A DNA stretch of 64,000 bases from Chrysomallon squamiferum (lineage: Eukaryota > Animalia > Mollusca): positions 17,112,001-17,176,000 of the forward strand of contig CM022679.1 of NCBI GenBank assembly GCA_012295275.1, in the 5' to 3' direction. A program made the translations under genes and the position numbers. A model generated the notes under the pieces. The model had not been told where the DNA came from and did not search any database. It saw nothing but the letters and a program-made list of their open reading frames with translations. Below, piece by piece: positions 28,651-42,398 of this stretch. Positions within the stretch are counted from its first letter, which is position 1. Each line of letters opens with the position of its first letter.

Positions 28651-30687
28651 TGATGATAATAACTTCTTGAAAAAAGTCAAACTTGCTTTAAACCCGTTAA
28701 TGGTCATGTAATTAAAATTGTCAGTCACAACATAAAACTGAAAACATTTTGCTTTTGAAATCAAAAGCTGACAAAGACAAATCATTTAATAAAGGAGGAA
28801 AATATAAGTTCAAAAAAGTTAGATAACAATGAATAAATTAATAATTATTTATTTGAAGTACTGCATTGCATTTTAATATTAACAGTTTTAAGTTTTGTAA
28901 CTTTGTTTTTTTTGTAAAAAAGTATTTCAGAGAGTGGAAATTTTTGTCCATGGGTTACTATTATCAGTTTATAGCAATGGATTTGTTTTTTTATGTCAAC
29001 CTTCCCATAAATAGAAAGTCATAACTTTTATTAATGATCATGTAGCCTAGCTGGAAAGGAAAAAAGCCTAGAGCAAAATAAATGGTTTGTAGAGAATAAT
29101 GTTAGAATGAAAAAAACTTTAATTTAAAAAGTAAAATGGTTTTTTAGATTGTTATCAAGTTCTTCTCAGAATGAAAAGATCATATCTAGAGTAATTATTC
29201 TTATTATACCTTTCAAAAGCACTCAAGTGTGTCAACTAGATTGATCTCAAATTTCTTTTAAATGATTACGGCACACATATTAATGTCATTTACAGCTGTC
29301 AAAAATAATTACTACTCAAAGCATAAAAATCAATATAATCTTAGTAAAAACATTTGATATTCACAAATGTAATTAATTTTCATGCTAAATATTACTAAAT
29401 ATTTAGATGGTAATTTATTTTTGTGCCAGAGATTTGAGCAAGTATTTAACTGATGCAGATATAAAAAGTTCTAAAGCATATCTGAAGGTTTAATATTCAA
29501 AAATAACTGTTGGACACTTTATCAAGAAATATGATATATATATATATTATCTGAAAGAAACTCCTGCATCCACTACAACCAGTATTACATAACAAGTATC
29601 TTGTTTAAGTCACTACTGTTAAACACTTTATATTTTGTTATTTTAATTTACCATAAAGCTGGTTAGCAAAGATAACAAAATATTCTTGAAATCCCATTAT
29701 TGCATATTTCATTTAAAAGATCCCTAAAAAAACTTTAAAAATCCTAAGTATGGTGTCATATAACTTTTCTTTCTTAGAAATGATTATTATTAAAAATAAT
29801 AATAAAAAGTAAAAAAATAAACAAAACAAAAACATATTTGAAACCATGTTTAAAAGCTCTGCTGAAGTATCATTAAGTAAATATTCATTCATTTACTTCT
29901 CTTTATTATCATTATGTTTTGCTTACGTCTTTTTTATTGAAAAATAATCCAGTGATGCCATATTGTCTGGTTTTGGTTCTTCTTTTATTTCTTAATGTTT
30001 TTATTTTTTTTATTTTATACTCAATATCCACGTTTTGACAGTAGCTATACTTCTAGAAATACCACAATAAGAGATAATTATTCCCTCATGAAACTGATCC
30101 TCCCAAGCCACAAATTAACTGTCTTTGATCTGTAGAAAAATGAATTTCATCTCTTCAGAAATGGATAAAAAATTCATAAGAGAGAAGGAGGATAGGACTT
30201 CTTTTAAATGTTAATGTTGGCCTTTAATCTAGGAACTATTTCAGTGATACATGGCAATTGTAGAATCTCTGGAGTAATTTGAAAATCATACACAAATAAA
30301 TCATTTAAATAAAAAGGGGAACTTTAAAGATAATTCATCTTTAAAGAACATATTAAATAAGAAAAGAAATTAAAAGAACACTATGTAAGAAATAAAGTTC
30401 CAAACACAAAGAAACACAAATTAAAAAAATATAACAAGAAAAAAGTTGGGTTGGTTGATTATGTTCACTGAATCCATAAAGAAATGAGTCATACATGTGT
30501 AAACTAGTATTTCATATTATCTGAAAATTTCAATTGCTCTAAAGAATTATATTTCTGTTAATAAATAATAATAATAATAGAAAAAGAATTAATGTTTTGA
30601 GAAAAATAATTATGTATATAAATATGCTTTTGGTTATTATGGAAATAAATAAAAGTTTATGATTTTTTTTTGATATTCATTTCAAAG

Positions 30688-30745
30688 ACACACACATGCA
30701 TGCACACAACACACACACATGCATGCACACATACACACAAACATA
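30688..30745. repeat. Interrupted (CA)n microsatellite with tgcatg insertions
   Basis: Directly visible. Confidence 0.8.
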
Positions 30746-32644
30746 CAGAGTAAATACAAATTTCAGTTATCTTTTAATTATCATTTTATTTGATATAGAC
30801 TGGAATGATGTTAAGTTGTTTTTCTTATAAATTCAGTTTTAAGCTTTTTTCCCCCTTGTCTTTCATTAATATTTATAATCTATTTCCATTTCCTTTCCCT
30901 ATTTTTTATTCTGTTTTGAAAATACCTTTATGAGGTGAATTTCCAAGACACTGTTTATCACTGTCAACTGAGTAAAAAGAGGACTAAGGTATATATTTTA
31001 CCATTTTAACAAACTGACAATAGTTTTCTTGTGTTATAATGGAGTTTCTGTTGTATGGAGGGGCAAATACGTGGAAGGGTATTATTTTCTTTGTCTTGCC
31101 TGTCTGTGTTGTACGTAACATAATACCATCCATTGTTAGAATCACTAGGCAACACTGGTAATTACTATCATAAATGGTAAGGAGTCATTTTTGTAGACAG
31201 CTGATCTCCATTCGTCTTTAAACTTCATATTTGATAATATTTTGAGCAGATGGTAAATCATGATTTATGACTTTAATTTGTGACTGTGGGGCTGCAGTGG
31301 TCAAGTTTTGTAGAAAGTAATCGGAGTATTGGTGGGAGGTATCCACAACTGACAGTGATCTATGGATGACATGTGCTATTCAACTTTAACATCAACAAAT
31401 TTCACATTATTTCTCTTAGTTCATTAGTGAACTTAATTAATTGACTTTTTTCTCACATGATATAATGTCTAGAGTTACTTGGTAATACTTTATTTGCTAT
31501 AATGTATTATTAAATTGAGGAATAATTTTTTTTTATAAAATAAGGTTTTTTCTTGGAATTAAACATTTTATCTAACTTGAAAGAAAATTTTAACTTGTAA
31601 CAAACTATTAATGTTTATAATTATTAGTTGTCTGTATTGCATAAAAGGACACATAAAATTGATATTGATTGTATGAAATGACATAAAATTCCATAAGCTA
31701 TCAAGTGTCAAATAGAAGTAAATGAGTATTTAAGTCAATAAAATTAAAATTAAGTTTTAATGACTGTGCAAAATAAAGACATAAATAGATAAAACTATTT
31801 TAAATAAATTTAAATTTGCAATATTAAAAGAAATTATGTAATGCTGCAATAAATAATCTTTCAGATACTATACTAAAACATAGAAAAAATAAAAAATGAA
31901 ATTAAAATGGATAAAAACTGTTGATAAAATCAGGGAATAACTATAGTTGATTCTGTCACTGTGTAAATTGGAAAGCTTTGTAATGTTTGTGTAAGATTAG
32001 TTAGATTATTCATGTACTTTAATTTATTTATGTCTCTTCGCTGGAGGGTTATTAATACACTTGTATTATGGGAACAGATGGGAATGACAAGAGATTTTTT
32101 TATTTTAATTAATCTTAAAGGGTACTATTCAGTATTCTAAGCCCTCAGATTAGTTTTCATTTAGACAGTCAAGTGACAGATGAGCAATCCCTACAGAGGG
32201 TTGTTAAACAGGGCATTAATTAAACAATATCTTGATGAAACACACTCGAAAATCTTGAGACTTTCATAAGTAGAGTATTTTCAAATTAAAATTGAAATTG
32301 AAAACAAAACCAATAACAAGCAATAACAATCTGAAGCGTTGTTTCAATGTTAAAGAAATATCTTTGTCTATAAGGTTGTACAATATCTTAGTACAGTTAT
32401 TTCATATTTATAATCATCTCTTATGTCACATAACTCATTTTCTTAAATTTTTTTAATTAAATAATTTTATCTTAAATAGACATGCACTCTATGTAATCTT
32501 CTTTCATTTTTTTCATATATGTGGAAAGTTATTTTAATATACATATAGTAAATTCATAATAAAATGGTTGAAAGAAAAAATAATAATCAGTGATAAGTAA
32601 ACTTATAATACTTTCTCAGTTGCAAGTGATCCTAAACTGAAGTA

Positions 32645-32673
32645 TGTATGTGTGTGTGTGTGTGTGTGTGTGT
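32645..32673. repeat. (TG)n microsatellite
   Basis: Directly visible. Confidence 0.95.
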
Positions 32674-32934
32674 GATGATGGTTATCAAATACATCTATAA
32701 CAACTTATAATTTAATGTTATAATTTATCCAGTAACATATTGATTTTAAATGGTATGTTACCAACATAAAACACAAACAAATATGCATCTATAATCAAAA
32801 AAGAAAAAAAGAACAAAAATTCTACAAATAATATAATTTGTTATTCTAAGTAAAATAGACAGATAAATAAATAAAAAAGACAGAACAGTGTACAAAACAA
32901 ACATAAAAAAAAAAATAAGAAAAAAATGTTTTAC

Positions 32935-33185
32935 CTTTATAGTTGCAGGTAGTTCAGCAATTCGATGGGTAACAGATGCAAAGTTTGATGTCAAGCTGTC
33001 ATATTGACAGCAGCGAGAGTCTTTGATCTGATAGTGAGCAGGGCCAGGCTTTTCTATTTCATCCTTGTTTGAAAATATCTGAATACGGGAGGATGTGGTT
33101 CCAAACACACCTCTTCTTGTGCTCTCCAAGTATGCCTTACGCATGCTTTCTGCACCCAAACCACTGATGTTGTATGAGCCTGGAC
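32935..33185 (-). CDS. STPG2: STPG2-like, coding exon 8: (G)PGSYNISGLGAESMRKAYLESTRRGVFGTTSSRIQIFSNKDEIEKPGPAHYQIKDSRCCQYDSLTSNFASVTHRIAELPATIK
   Basis: tttag acceptor, AAG|gtaaaa donor, 251 nt, phase 1 to 0. PGPGSY and PGPAHY repeats. Confidence 0.93.
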
Positions 33186-33562
33186 CTAAAAAATTTTTTT
33201 AGCTTATTAATATTAGTGTTATTTTACAATTTTTTTTTTTTTTAAAATACAGATATATTGTGCTAAAAAAAAAAAATAACAGTTAAAAAAGAAGAAGAAA
33301 CAATTAAAGGGGAACAGTCCTATTAATTCATTTAATACACCTGAATGCAACTGTAAAACCTGTAATTAAAAAAGAAAAGAAGAAAAAATGTACATGATCA
33401 ATTTACATATAAACTAACAATGTTATAATGTTTAATTTATAAATAATTGTAATCAAACATACATTTAAAAAAAAATGTGTCTGCCTCTAACTCTGATATT
33501 AAAAAAATCATAGTGTTATTGAAAGAGAACAAAACACAGATCTGATTTGATATGACTTGTAC

Positions 33563-33722
33563 CTGGCTGTTTTTTAAGTGATGACTGCTGCTGGAATCGT
33601 ACTGATGTCTGACCAAAAGGACTTTTCTTCAGACCAGTAACTCGGTTCAGAGACTCCAAGGCATTACGAGGATCATTGTAAGATCCAGGAGCTGGAGTTG
33701 TGGTTTTCAAAGGCTGAAAACG
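33563..33722 (-). CDS. STPG2: STPG2-like, coding exon 7: RFQPLKTTTPAPGSYNDPRNALESLNRVTGLKKSPFGQTSVRFQQQSSLKKQP(G)
   Basis: ttttcag acceptor, CCAG|gtacaa donor, 160 nt, phase 0 to 1. Matches STPG2 TPAPG.YN.PR.AL.SL....GLK..PFGQ..VRF. Confidence 0.95.
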
Positions 33723-34145
33723 CTGAAAACACAATTTAATTTTGAGTGGTTTCAGCTTATTGATTCTGGGGGGTTTGTCTTTAAGTAAGTAGATGATTAC
33801 AATGACAGTAAGGATTATCAGCATCCACTGAAGAAAACAAAATTAGAATTATCTGATCTTTGTTTCTTTTATAAGTTCTAATTATAAAAAAATAGTATCC
33901 TGAACATTTTTTGCCAAAATATTAAAAATGTTCTCTTTTCAGTTTTTCCTTTTTAACTAACTGAGAAATGGTAACAGACTGAAAACACTGGAACATGCAT
34001 GAATCTGCTGCTTGTATTATTTTTTATTGTTTTCTAATATTATTATTATTTTCATATACATTTATACATGATTAGGCAGCAAATATTTTACAGAATATAT
34101 TTAATGTTATCCTGGTGCTGTCAGATTACTAACAAGACAACTTAC

Positions 34146-34259
34146 TTTTGCTTGTGACATAAATGGTGGATGTTCAACTTCAATTCCTTCTGTATTAAGT
34201 TTAGGTTCACGAGGATCAAACTGTCCTTTAATTTCATATTTGCCTGGACCTGGTATTGC
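34146..34259 (-). CDS. STPG2: STPG2-like, coding exon 6: AIPGPGKYEIKGQFDPREPKLNTEGIEVEHPPFMSQAK
   Basis: ttttcag acceptor, AAA|gtaagt donor, 114 nt, symmetric phase 0. PGPGKY repeat. Not in the ORF track. Confidence 0.93.
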
Positions 34260-34648
34260 CTGAAAATATAAGACACAAAATACAGATTCAGACTGAAGAG
34301 AACAAAAATATAAACTATTACAAATTAGGTGGAAGCACTAACCAAAGCGATAAACTTGCTCCTTCTGACTGATAAAATTGAACTTAATTGTTGTTTTGAT
34401 TTTTAAATAAATAAATAAGAAATGAATGAACAAATGGAAGTCTAAATGTCAGATTTAAAACTGTTGTGTCATGTATGTATCAGAATATTTAATTAAGAAG
34501 AAACAAGGTAAAAAAATGCGTAATGAATCTACTGAGACAAGAATGGTGTAATCTAGATTATTTAGAATATTAAAGAGTGCCATGATTGCTAAAGACTTAA
34601 AATAGAGAGGTCTTAAAAACAAATAACTGATTTAAGATAAAAGACAAT

Positions 34649-34750
34649 TTGGTGTAATTCATCTTAGCCAAAAAAGATATGATAAAGCACATCCCACATT
34701 CATTAAATATAATTTGGATGACAATCAGAACTAGACTCGAGGACTTAAGG
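34649..34750. repeat. Dispersed ~102-bp repeat, copy A (paralogue at 43127-43229)
   Basis: By-eye alignment with copy B shows 5 substitutions and 1 indel, same orientation. An A15 run follows at 34761-34775. Confidence 0.95.
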
Positions 34751-37344
34751 TGATCAATCCAAAAAAAAAAAAAAAGTCTCTTGGGTCTTTTGTTTCTCCT
34801 TTGATTTCTTCTACAGCAATTTAATGGCCTCTGTGATGGCCAGACATAACATTGAGATACAAACTAATATGAATATTGATAATTCTGATGTCTAGTGGTG
34901 AAGGTGATTAACTAACTTTGAAAGGGGGAAAAAAAGCATCTATATTATTAGAGTAAACTCTAGTAGCAGAAATGAACACTTTACATCTCAATACAGGAGG
35001 GAATGATTGGATCGTGGCTGAGTTTAGAGTAGCATGATTATAGTGAAATGACTAAAACAGTTAGTGTTGAGGTCTTTTGTAGATATATATTTATACAACT
35101 TATTCATTTTGAGCTCCCTGTAGTCTGTGGACTGTTATCAGTCATTGTTCTGCACACCACACACAACTAGAAGTAATGTTGGTCTTTAAAAGCTTGATAT
35201 CCTGTCTTGTTTCAATCTTGGTTCTGGATTCAATAGTTAATTTTGTTCTGTGTTTATTTTTGGATCAACTACTGTACAAGAAGAAATTAAATGACAACAG
35301 TTCTGTTTATAGTAACTATATTTAGTATTATTTACATTCAGCCCACTGTACTTGTTATATTTTGTTGTTCAAATTCAGCTATTTAATGGAATGATCTTAT
35401 TTTCCCTGCAGAACTGTTTGTCTTGTAAGTTAATACATTCCCATTATCAAAAAGCAAGGTTCAGATCAAAGAAGCTTTGTCTATTTAAAAAATATAAAAA
35501 TAGTGAGACTGTAAACACGTGACTTTTTTTTAGAATATTGCATGCTCCTGATCTCATCATTTAATTTTGACTTATTTGTTTATTATTATTAATACCACTC
35601 CAGTCTGTTTTTGTGTGTGTGTGCAGGTTTTGTGGGTTTTTTTAAAATTATTTATTACTAATTGTTAAATAATTAAAATATATATATATCTATTATTATT
35701 TAGTTTTAAATAGAAACCTACATTTTCTCCATTTAAAGCATTTCACATTCCTGGAGCACATTACTTCGTTTTGTGCAATGACATTAAAAAGAAAAATACT
35801 TCTGTAATTACAACAGATACTCTGCCAATGTAATATGAAATATCCAAATTGGAAAAGAATATTGTGGAGCAATTCAAAAGAAATGATAAAAAAAAAATTT
35901 TTTTTAAATTTTTTGTGATTTCTTTTCTATATACTGGTTTATACAGAACACTATATTCTGAACTTGGTACCGACAATGGAATGACTGATTATTGATGAAA
36001 GTGATTTTATCTACCATTTTCTAGAACTAAAACATCTTCAAACTGACTGACTGAATTTGCATACAGATGATTGATGAAGAGCTAGTGATATACACCTGCA
36101 TTTACCACCAAGATAGAAGCAGTGACCAGAACACTGAGTGCCACATGTTTGCTGCTTATTTCATGGCGTATGAAACAGTTAAGTGGAATCAGGCCTCTAC
36201 CAATTAACAGCAATACATTTTTTATTCGAGAAAGTGAGACTCATTGTAAAACATTAGCTATTAAATTATGCAATCAGCACAGCCAGAATTCATACAGTAA
36301 TGGAATTGTGTATAGTTTTTGTGGATAATTTGATAAAGCTTTTCAGTAAATAAGTTTCTTTGATAAATAAGAATCACTAGTTTCTGAAGCAAGAATTTTT
36401 CATATTTTTACCCATCACTTTCATTTATAAAGATCATTAAAAACATTTTTATCTTATGGTAAAAAAAAAATCATTATTCACTGCTTTAAAATTTAAGTAA
36501 GAAGTTGAAAACATGACAGAGTGAATATGAAAATGAAGAACAAATCAAATACAAATTCTAACAGAATAAATAGAATCAATAAATTCAGCAATTAATTAAA
36601 CTGAGACTTTGAGAAAAGAAACCTCACAAAATAATGTTATTTTCTTTTAACTTAAATTTAGTTCACAATGTAAATATTTTTTGTTTTCCTATCTGTAGGA
36701 AGTCTAAACAGCATAAGCAGAAATGCAAACTTAACTGAAAATAAATTTCTTACAGTTTCAATTACATCATTTACTTTCAACCTAAATGTAGTTTACATTA
36801 TATATGGCTTATGTCTGTGTTTTCAAACACCATGAAATATTCAGACATCCTTTTACGTTCATCAGAAACATAGCCTGTGATATATAATATACCAGCATTA
36901 TAAAAATGTTTTGAAACCTGATAACCAATTAATATACCCATTAATAAACTTACACAAATTTTGTATGTGATAAGCTTAAATATCTTTATAGTTCATATAA
37001 AAGAAAAGTGATGAAAAATATACTTCAGAAAATTGTAAAAATATAAAACTACTATTTTGAACATTTGAGTGTCTAAATCTCTGGATCAGAGGACATCAAA
37101 GAACTGGGAGAAAAAGCACATCATGAAAAGGATGTCTCACCTGACTCTGCATAAGTCAATCTTTGAATTATTTTCTAATTAAAATCAACTTCACTGGGTA
37201 ATAAAAATGTTTATAATGTTAGCTTTGTTTATGATGATAATTTTCTTTGATATTAAACTGACAAAATAAGAGAAGTTAACTTACATATGAAAAAAATAGC
37301 CAAATAATGTTATATTGGTTATGGAAAATCTATATCAAACTCAC

Positions 37345-37572
37345 CTTTTTCTTTGATTCTTTGACAATGATTTCATGATAACGTGGTAAGGTTGAGTCAT
37401 GTCTGCTGCTTTCTTCTTCGTGGACATTGGCATTTTGAGCTTTGTACAGTGGTTCCTGATATGGTTCATACTCCCCTGGTCCAGGTCCTGGTGCTCCAGA
37501 AAATGTCATTCTGTTAGAACTCTGTTTCCCAAAATGGATTCCTCTGTAACATTTACTAGGTTTAGTGTCATC
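37345..37572 (-). CDS. STPG2: STPG2-like, coding exon 5: DDTKPSKCYRGIHFGKQSSNRMTFSGAPGPGPGEYEPYQEPLYKAQNANVHEEESSRHDSTLPRYHEIIVKESKKK
   Basis: ttttatcaag acceptor, AAG|gtgagt donor, 228 nt, phase 0. Y.GIHFG and GPGPG.Y motifs. Confidence 0.95.
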
Positions 37573-40500
37573 CTTGATAAAATAAACAAAATTGTGAAAA
37601 GTTAGCATTGTTATTATTAATGTATAATAAATAATAATAAAATTGAAATTTACATAACAACTTTTTAAAATAATAATAAAAATAGAATTAATGTAATAAT
37701 TTAAAAATAATAATAATAAACATAAAATTTATGTAATAACCATATAAATAATAATAACTATATACATCTTTCAAAATTATTTTCTAATTATGTTGTCATT
37801 ATTTAATAAAATCTTGATAACGGTTTCTTATGTGGAAAGATAATAAAAATATGAAAATTTAGTAAGTTACTAATGAAAGCATTTTGGTAATATAATGCAC
37901 AAATTTGTAATAACTTATCAGTTACTTGGAGAAAAAGCTCAGATAAATTTAAATTTTAGTTGTTTTTATAACTGGTCACAATAATATCTCTAATTTCTTA
38001 ACTTTTCTTAGGGACTTATAAACATAATAGGTGAACTAATTTTTGATCGTGTGTGTAACTATTTGTTAAGATGCTTGTAGAAGAAGTTTAATTAAATAGT
38101 GTCTCTCTAACAAGTGCAACACTAAATGTATATAAAGAACCATGGTATATATATTGCCTTGTCTCTGGGAAAGTTTGCTTGCTGCTAAAGACAAAATCAA
38201 AATTCAGTATGAAATACTTGCATCCTATGATAAAAATAACTATATCAGCTGAAAGATAACTCATTTCCACATTTTGTTTTCAGATGTATTAAGGAAAACA
38301 AATTAATAAATGAATATGTCACTCATAATTTAATTATAAAACCCCCAGCAATATGCAGATTTCATTTGATATATAAAATATAAATAAAAGTTATTTCATT
38401 ATAAGAGGACTAAGTATATATTGTAGATTTTATGTCAGAGATATGAAAAAACAAAATGTTTCTGGATGAGAACGCCCACAATTCACTTTATATTCAAATT
38501 AATTATAAATAACAATAAATGTAATCAGAACAAATTAAATTTTATAATATGTGTCCTGATGAATAAAGCATGTTTATGAAAATGTCATTTAAATTAGAAC
38601 AAAACTGGTTGAAACAAAACATTTTTTTAATGAATATTTTACACAAAACATATTTTTGTTAAACATAATATAATTATTTACTATTGATTTACTTTTTATT
38701 TTTTTGAACTGTTTAAAAAATGCATTAGATTATTCTTCACCTCAGAGATCTGTCATTTTATAATGCCTTGCTCCCCAAAGATGTATTGATAACCTCATGC
38801 ATAATTAATTTAGCAAGCTCCTGCTGATATGTGATGCTCTTGGGTATTAAATCAGTATGTGTCTTCTTTGTCATTTCACTGTGGCCAGACACCCATTGTA
38901 CTGGGCCATGTGGGCATAAAAGTATCATTGAGTTTGTGGAAAAGATATCTTGGGAGTTAAAAACATGTTGCAAAGTGAAGCATGTAATTTAACAGTGTAC
39001 AATAATATGACAAGATGAAAGCTTGCTGAAGAAGAGAATGCGTGGCTAGGGAGAAACTGTGCTAAGATACGAAGCAGAGATTATTGGCGCTAGCTCCGTG
39101 CAGTCAGCAGTTTGACAAGACAGGAAGTCTTCATCTGGAAGGTGATTAGGATATTTAATTCTCACACCAAATGTTACTCAGTTTAGTATCAGTGTTAACA
39201 TCAGTTTCATTTAAAACATCCTTTGTTCTTTCAGACATGAAGCAATGATTTATACCTGATCTGAAACCTCTTGCTAGCAAAGTGAACCTCAGAGTGTACA
39301 TTTCAGAAAGACTCATGAATTAATAACCAAACAAGCTAATCCAAAATATTTTAATCTCTGCCCATTAATGAATTTTAAGGCCTTGTGCATTGTTCATATC
39401 CTCAAGCAAGGATTTAGTTGGACAGATGCAAGGAATCCATTAGACATCTTGTGCATTTTTGATCTGGCTTAAAAACATTATTTTTAAAAATTAAAACAAT
39501 AAAATTTGAGTCCATCTGTGTATGAAAAAGTTTACAAAAAATAAAACAGATATAAATTTAAAAATATAAACTATTTCCTACATGTAAAACTTGAATTGAC
39601 AGTAATTAAACTGAAAACCAGTAAGTAAAATACATATTTGATCACATATTAACTGCCACTCTAACATAGGATTGATTTCTTGTTTTTATGTGTATTAATA
39701 TTTTAGAATTAGTTTACATATCATAGTTATATAAAATAGATTTCAAAAAAGATATTAAATTTTGACGGTAATTTTAAAGTTAATTTCAGCCTAAATTTAT
39801 AAAGAAGTACAGAAAACAGCCTAAAACATTAGTATTTTATCTTATATGTCAAAACAAATTTAAACATGTTCCTAAGCAAAGACAAACAGAGTTAGATTTC
39901 ATTTGGTCTTTTCAGTTAATCTTTTATTATAACATTTCAATGTTTTATACAGAGAACATTAAACTAATATATCACTAGTGATTCAGTTTTAGTGTATATC
40001 ACTTCTGTCAATTCCCATTATATTGACTGTAAACTATTTAGTTGAAAGAATATATTTACATTAACATTAGTAAACGTACTGAAATTTTTTTTATGATTCC
40101 AGTTAATCAGTGATCCTTGTTCTCTGACACTATTTATTTATTGTTTGTGAATATACTGTCCTTATCATTTTTCAACATTTTGTGAGGTTTGGAGCTGTCA
40201 GTAATTATATGTAAAATTTACATTAACATTAATAAAGTATTGTGATTACAGTTTCTTTTTCTTTGTTATTATTTTTATTATTTAAAGATATAGCATCCAG
40301 TGAGGTTTGAGAAACTTTCTCTATGATAATATTTTCACTTTTTGTAGATATAACATTCATCTCAGTTTTCAACATATTATGATATTTGCAGAAACAGAAC
40401 AGATAATATGATATTAAGTGAAAATAATAAACAATCAGGTGTTTGACTCAAATCCTTTTTTCTGAAATTACAGCACCTTTTATGTTATAGTCAGACGACC

Positions 40501-40668
40501 TCCAATATGTTTACCTGCCTCTTCAACAATTTAGATGTTTATTTAACAAACTGGATTTATATAAGAAGGTTAAAAAATATCACACAAATACAAACAAAAT
40601 ATAATGAAAACATTCTAATCAGGAATTGCACCAATCAACTTAAAGAATACAAAGTTAATAATACTTAC

Positions 40669-40833
40669 AAATGAAGGTTTGTAGAAAGCTGGACCCAGGG
40701 ACTGATCTCGGGGTGGGGGGTCCTGTTTTTTCAAAGTACCATCTTCACGCTCCTCATAACCAAATGACTGTCCTGGACATGGAATGGATGGTGCTTCTGG
40801 TTTTCTATGAAATTTGATTCGACTTGTCAGTAA
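40669..40833 (-). CDS. STPG2: STPG2-like, coding exon 4: LLTSRIKFHRKPEAPSIPCPGQSFGYEEREDGTLKKQDPPPRDQSLGPAFYKPSF
   Basis: tttaaag acceptor, TTT|gtaagt donor, 165 nt, phase 0. PSIP..G.S.GY....DG and LGPA.YKP.F motifs. Confidence 0.93.
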
Positions 40834-41141
40834 CTTTAAAGAAAACAAAAATAATTAATATTACCTTATGTCATAAATATTATCTAATATATAAAAAAAA
40901 AACTATACAGTATAACAATTAACACTTAATACACAAAAAACTAAAAAATCCCATCTAAAACAGAAATAAAGTTAGGCCAGCTAATTCATAAGAAGACCTA
41001 AAACAAATAATAAAAACAAAAACTATCAAATAACTTTTGTAACAATTATTTATTTTAAGTTACTTTATGAGAAATATAAAGCTAGATAGACCTATATTTA
41101 TAAGTGACTATTAATTGAAAATAAACAACATATAAGCATAC

Positions 41142-41285
41142 CATTCCCCTCCCTTGGGATTCTGGAGCTGATTTGCATATACGTGAAAAATCTGACTCCT
41201 TTTCAACCATGTATGTACCAGGTCCAGGAATATCTGGTACAGTGTGTTGAAACCGTTTGCTTTTATTTGCCATTATTCGACCGCC
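41142..41285 (-). CDS. STPG2: STPG2-like, coding exon 3: GGRIMANKSKRFQHTVPDIPGPGTYMVEKESDFSRICKSAPESQGRGM
   Basis: tttatag acceptor, ATG|gtatgc donor, 144 nt, phase 0. RF....PGPGTY repeat. Confidence 0.92.
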
Positions 41286-42398
41286 CTATAAATAAACATA
41301 TAAGAATATATATAAATTTAGGGGAAAAAAAGAAGAAAATCAAAGATAGTAACAATTAATAGAAAAGAAAAAAAAAAAATGCAAAAAAAAAATATAAGTA
41401 GATTCATTATATGATATTCCTTTAAAATCTATTTCTTTCCTTTGAAGATGATTTGTAAAATTCTGAAATAACAGCAAAATAAGCAGGATATTTAATAGCT
41501 GTCTTGTTTTCTTTCTTTGATTTATCTGCAGAAATATACAAACAAAATTAATTATCAATTCACTAAATCTTTTTCTCTTTGGTATCTACTTTTATTCCTT
41601 TCTAGCTGTATTTATTTTACTCGTTTCACTATTCAGTTCCACATCTGATATGTCCAGGTTGGTTTCATTAGCAGCTGTTACTTTAGGATAATGATTACAG
41701 GTATTTGAAAAAAATAAAAAATAAAAAATTGACACCTTTTTTGTTTTAAAAATTAAGCAATAAAAAAAGTCATTATTAAAATTAGCGAGAGACAAGCTTC
41801 ATAATAAAATATATACTAGAAAAATATAGTGTGTTTTATGGCAAGAAACAGTAAACTAGTTTTGATGAACATACTGATAGTAAAATAAATACGTGAGAAT
41901 TATTGTATGAGATATTGTTTGAAATTAATTGATATGTTTTCTCTTCAGGTTTTGTAGTGATTAAAACAAAACAAAAATTAAAAAATCAGATACAGATAAA
42001 AATAATAAATAAATAAAAATAAACCAAAACAAAACACTAAGTGTTATAATTTATAATAAATATTCAAAGTTATACAAAAGAATCAAGCCAATTATAAAAT
42101 GTTCTCAATATTGACACATCTAAATAAATAGCACTTATATTAATTAATCAAACTCAGAATTTTCTATAACAATTTAGAAATGCAATTATTACTAATTATC
42201 ACTTATTTAGTATTTTAACATTTATAATATATGTTAGTGAAACTAAATAGGCAACCTTTTCACAGAAATAAATTTCTTCATTTAAAAAAAATAATAATAA
42301 AAGGAAAAAAAAATAATAATAAAAGGAAAATATTTTGATGTTACCCTAACAAGAGAACTATTTTTACTGCAAAGATCAGATAAAGGGACATAACTCAC

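Noticed and set aside
34649-34750. Functional U2 snRNA gene
   Set aside because: Lacks the GTGTAGTA branch-point pairing region, the Sm site and collinear order. Kept only as a speculative finding.
40040-40310. Short repeats tttacattaacatta and gtgaggtttg occurring twice
   Set aside because: Too short and degenerate to define an element; probably an old local duplication.
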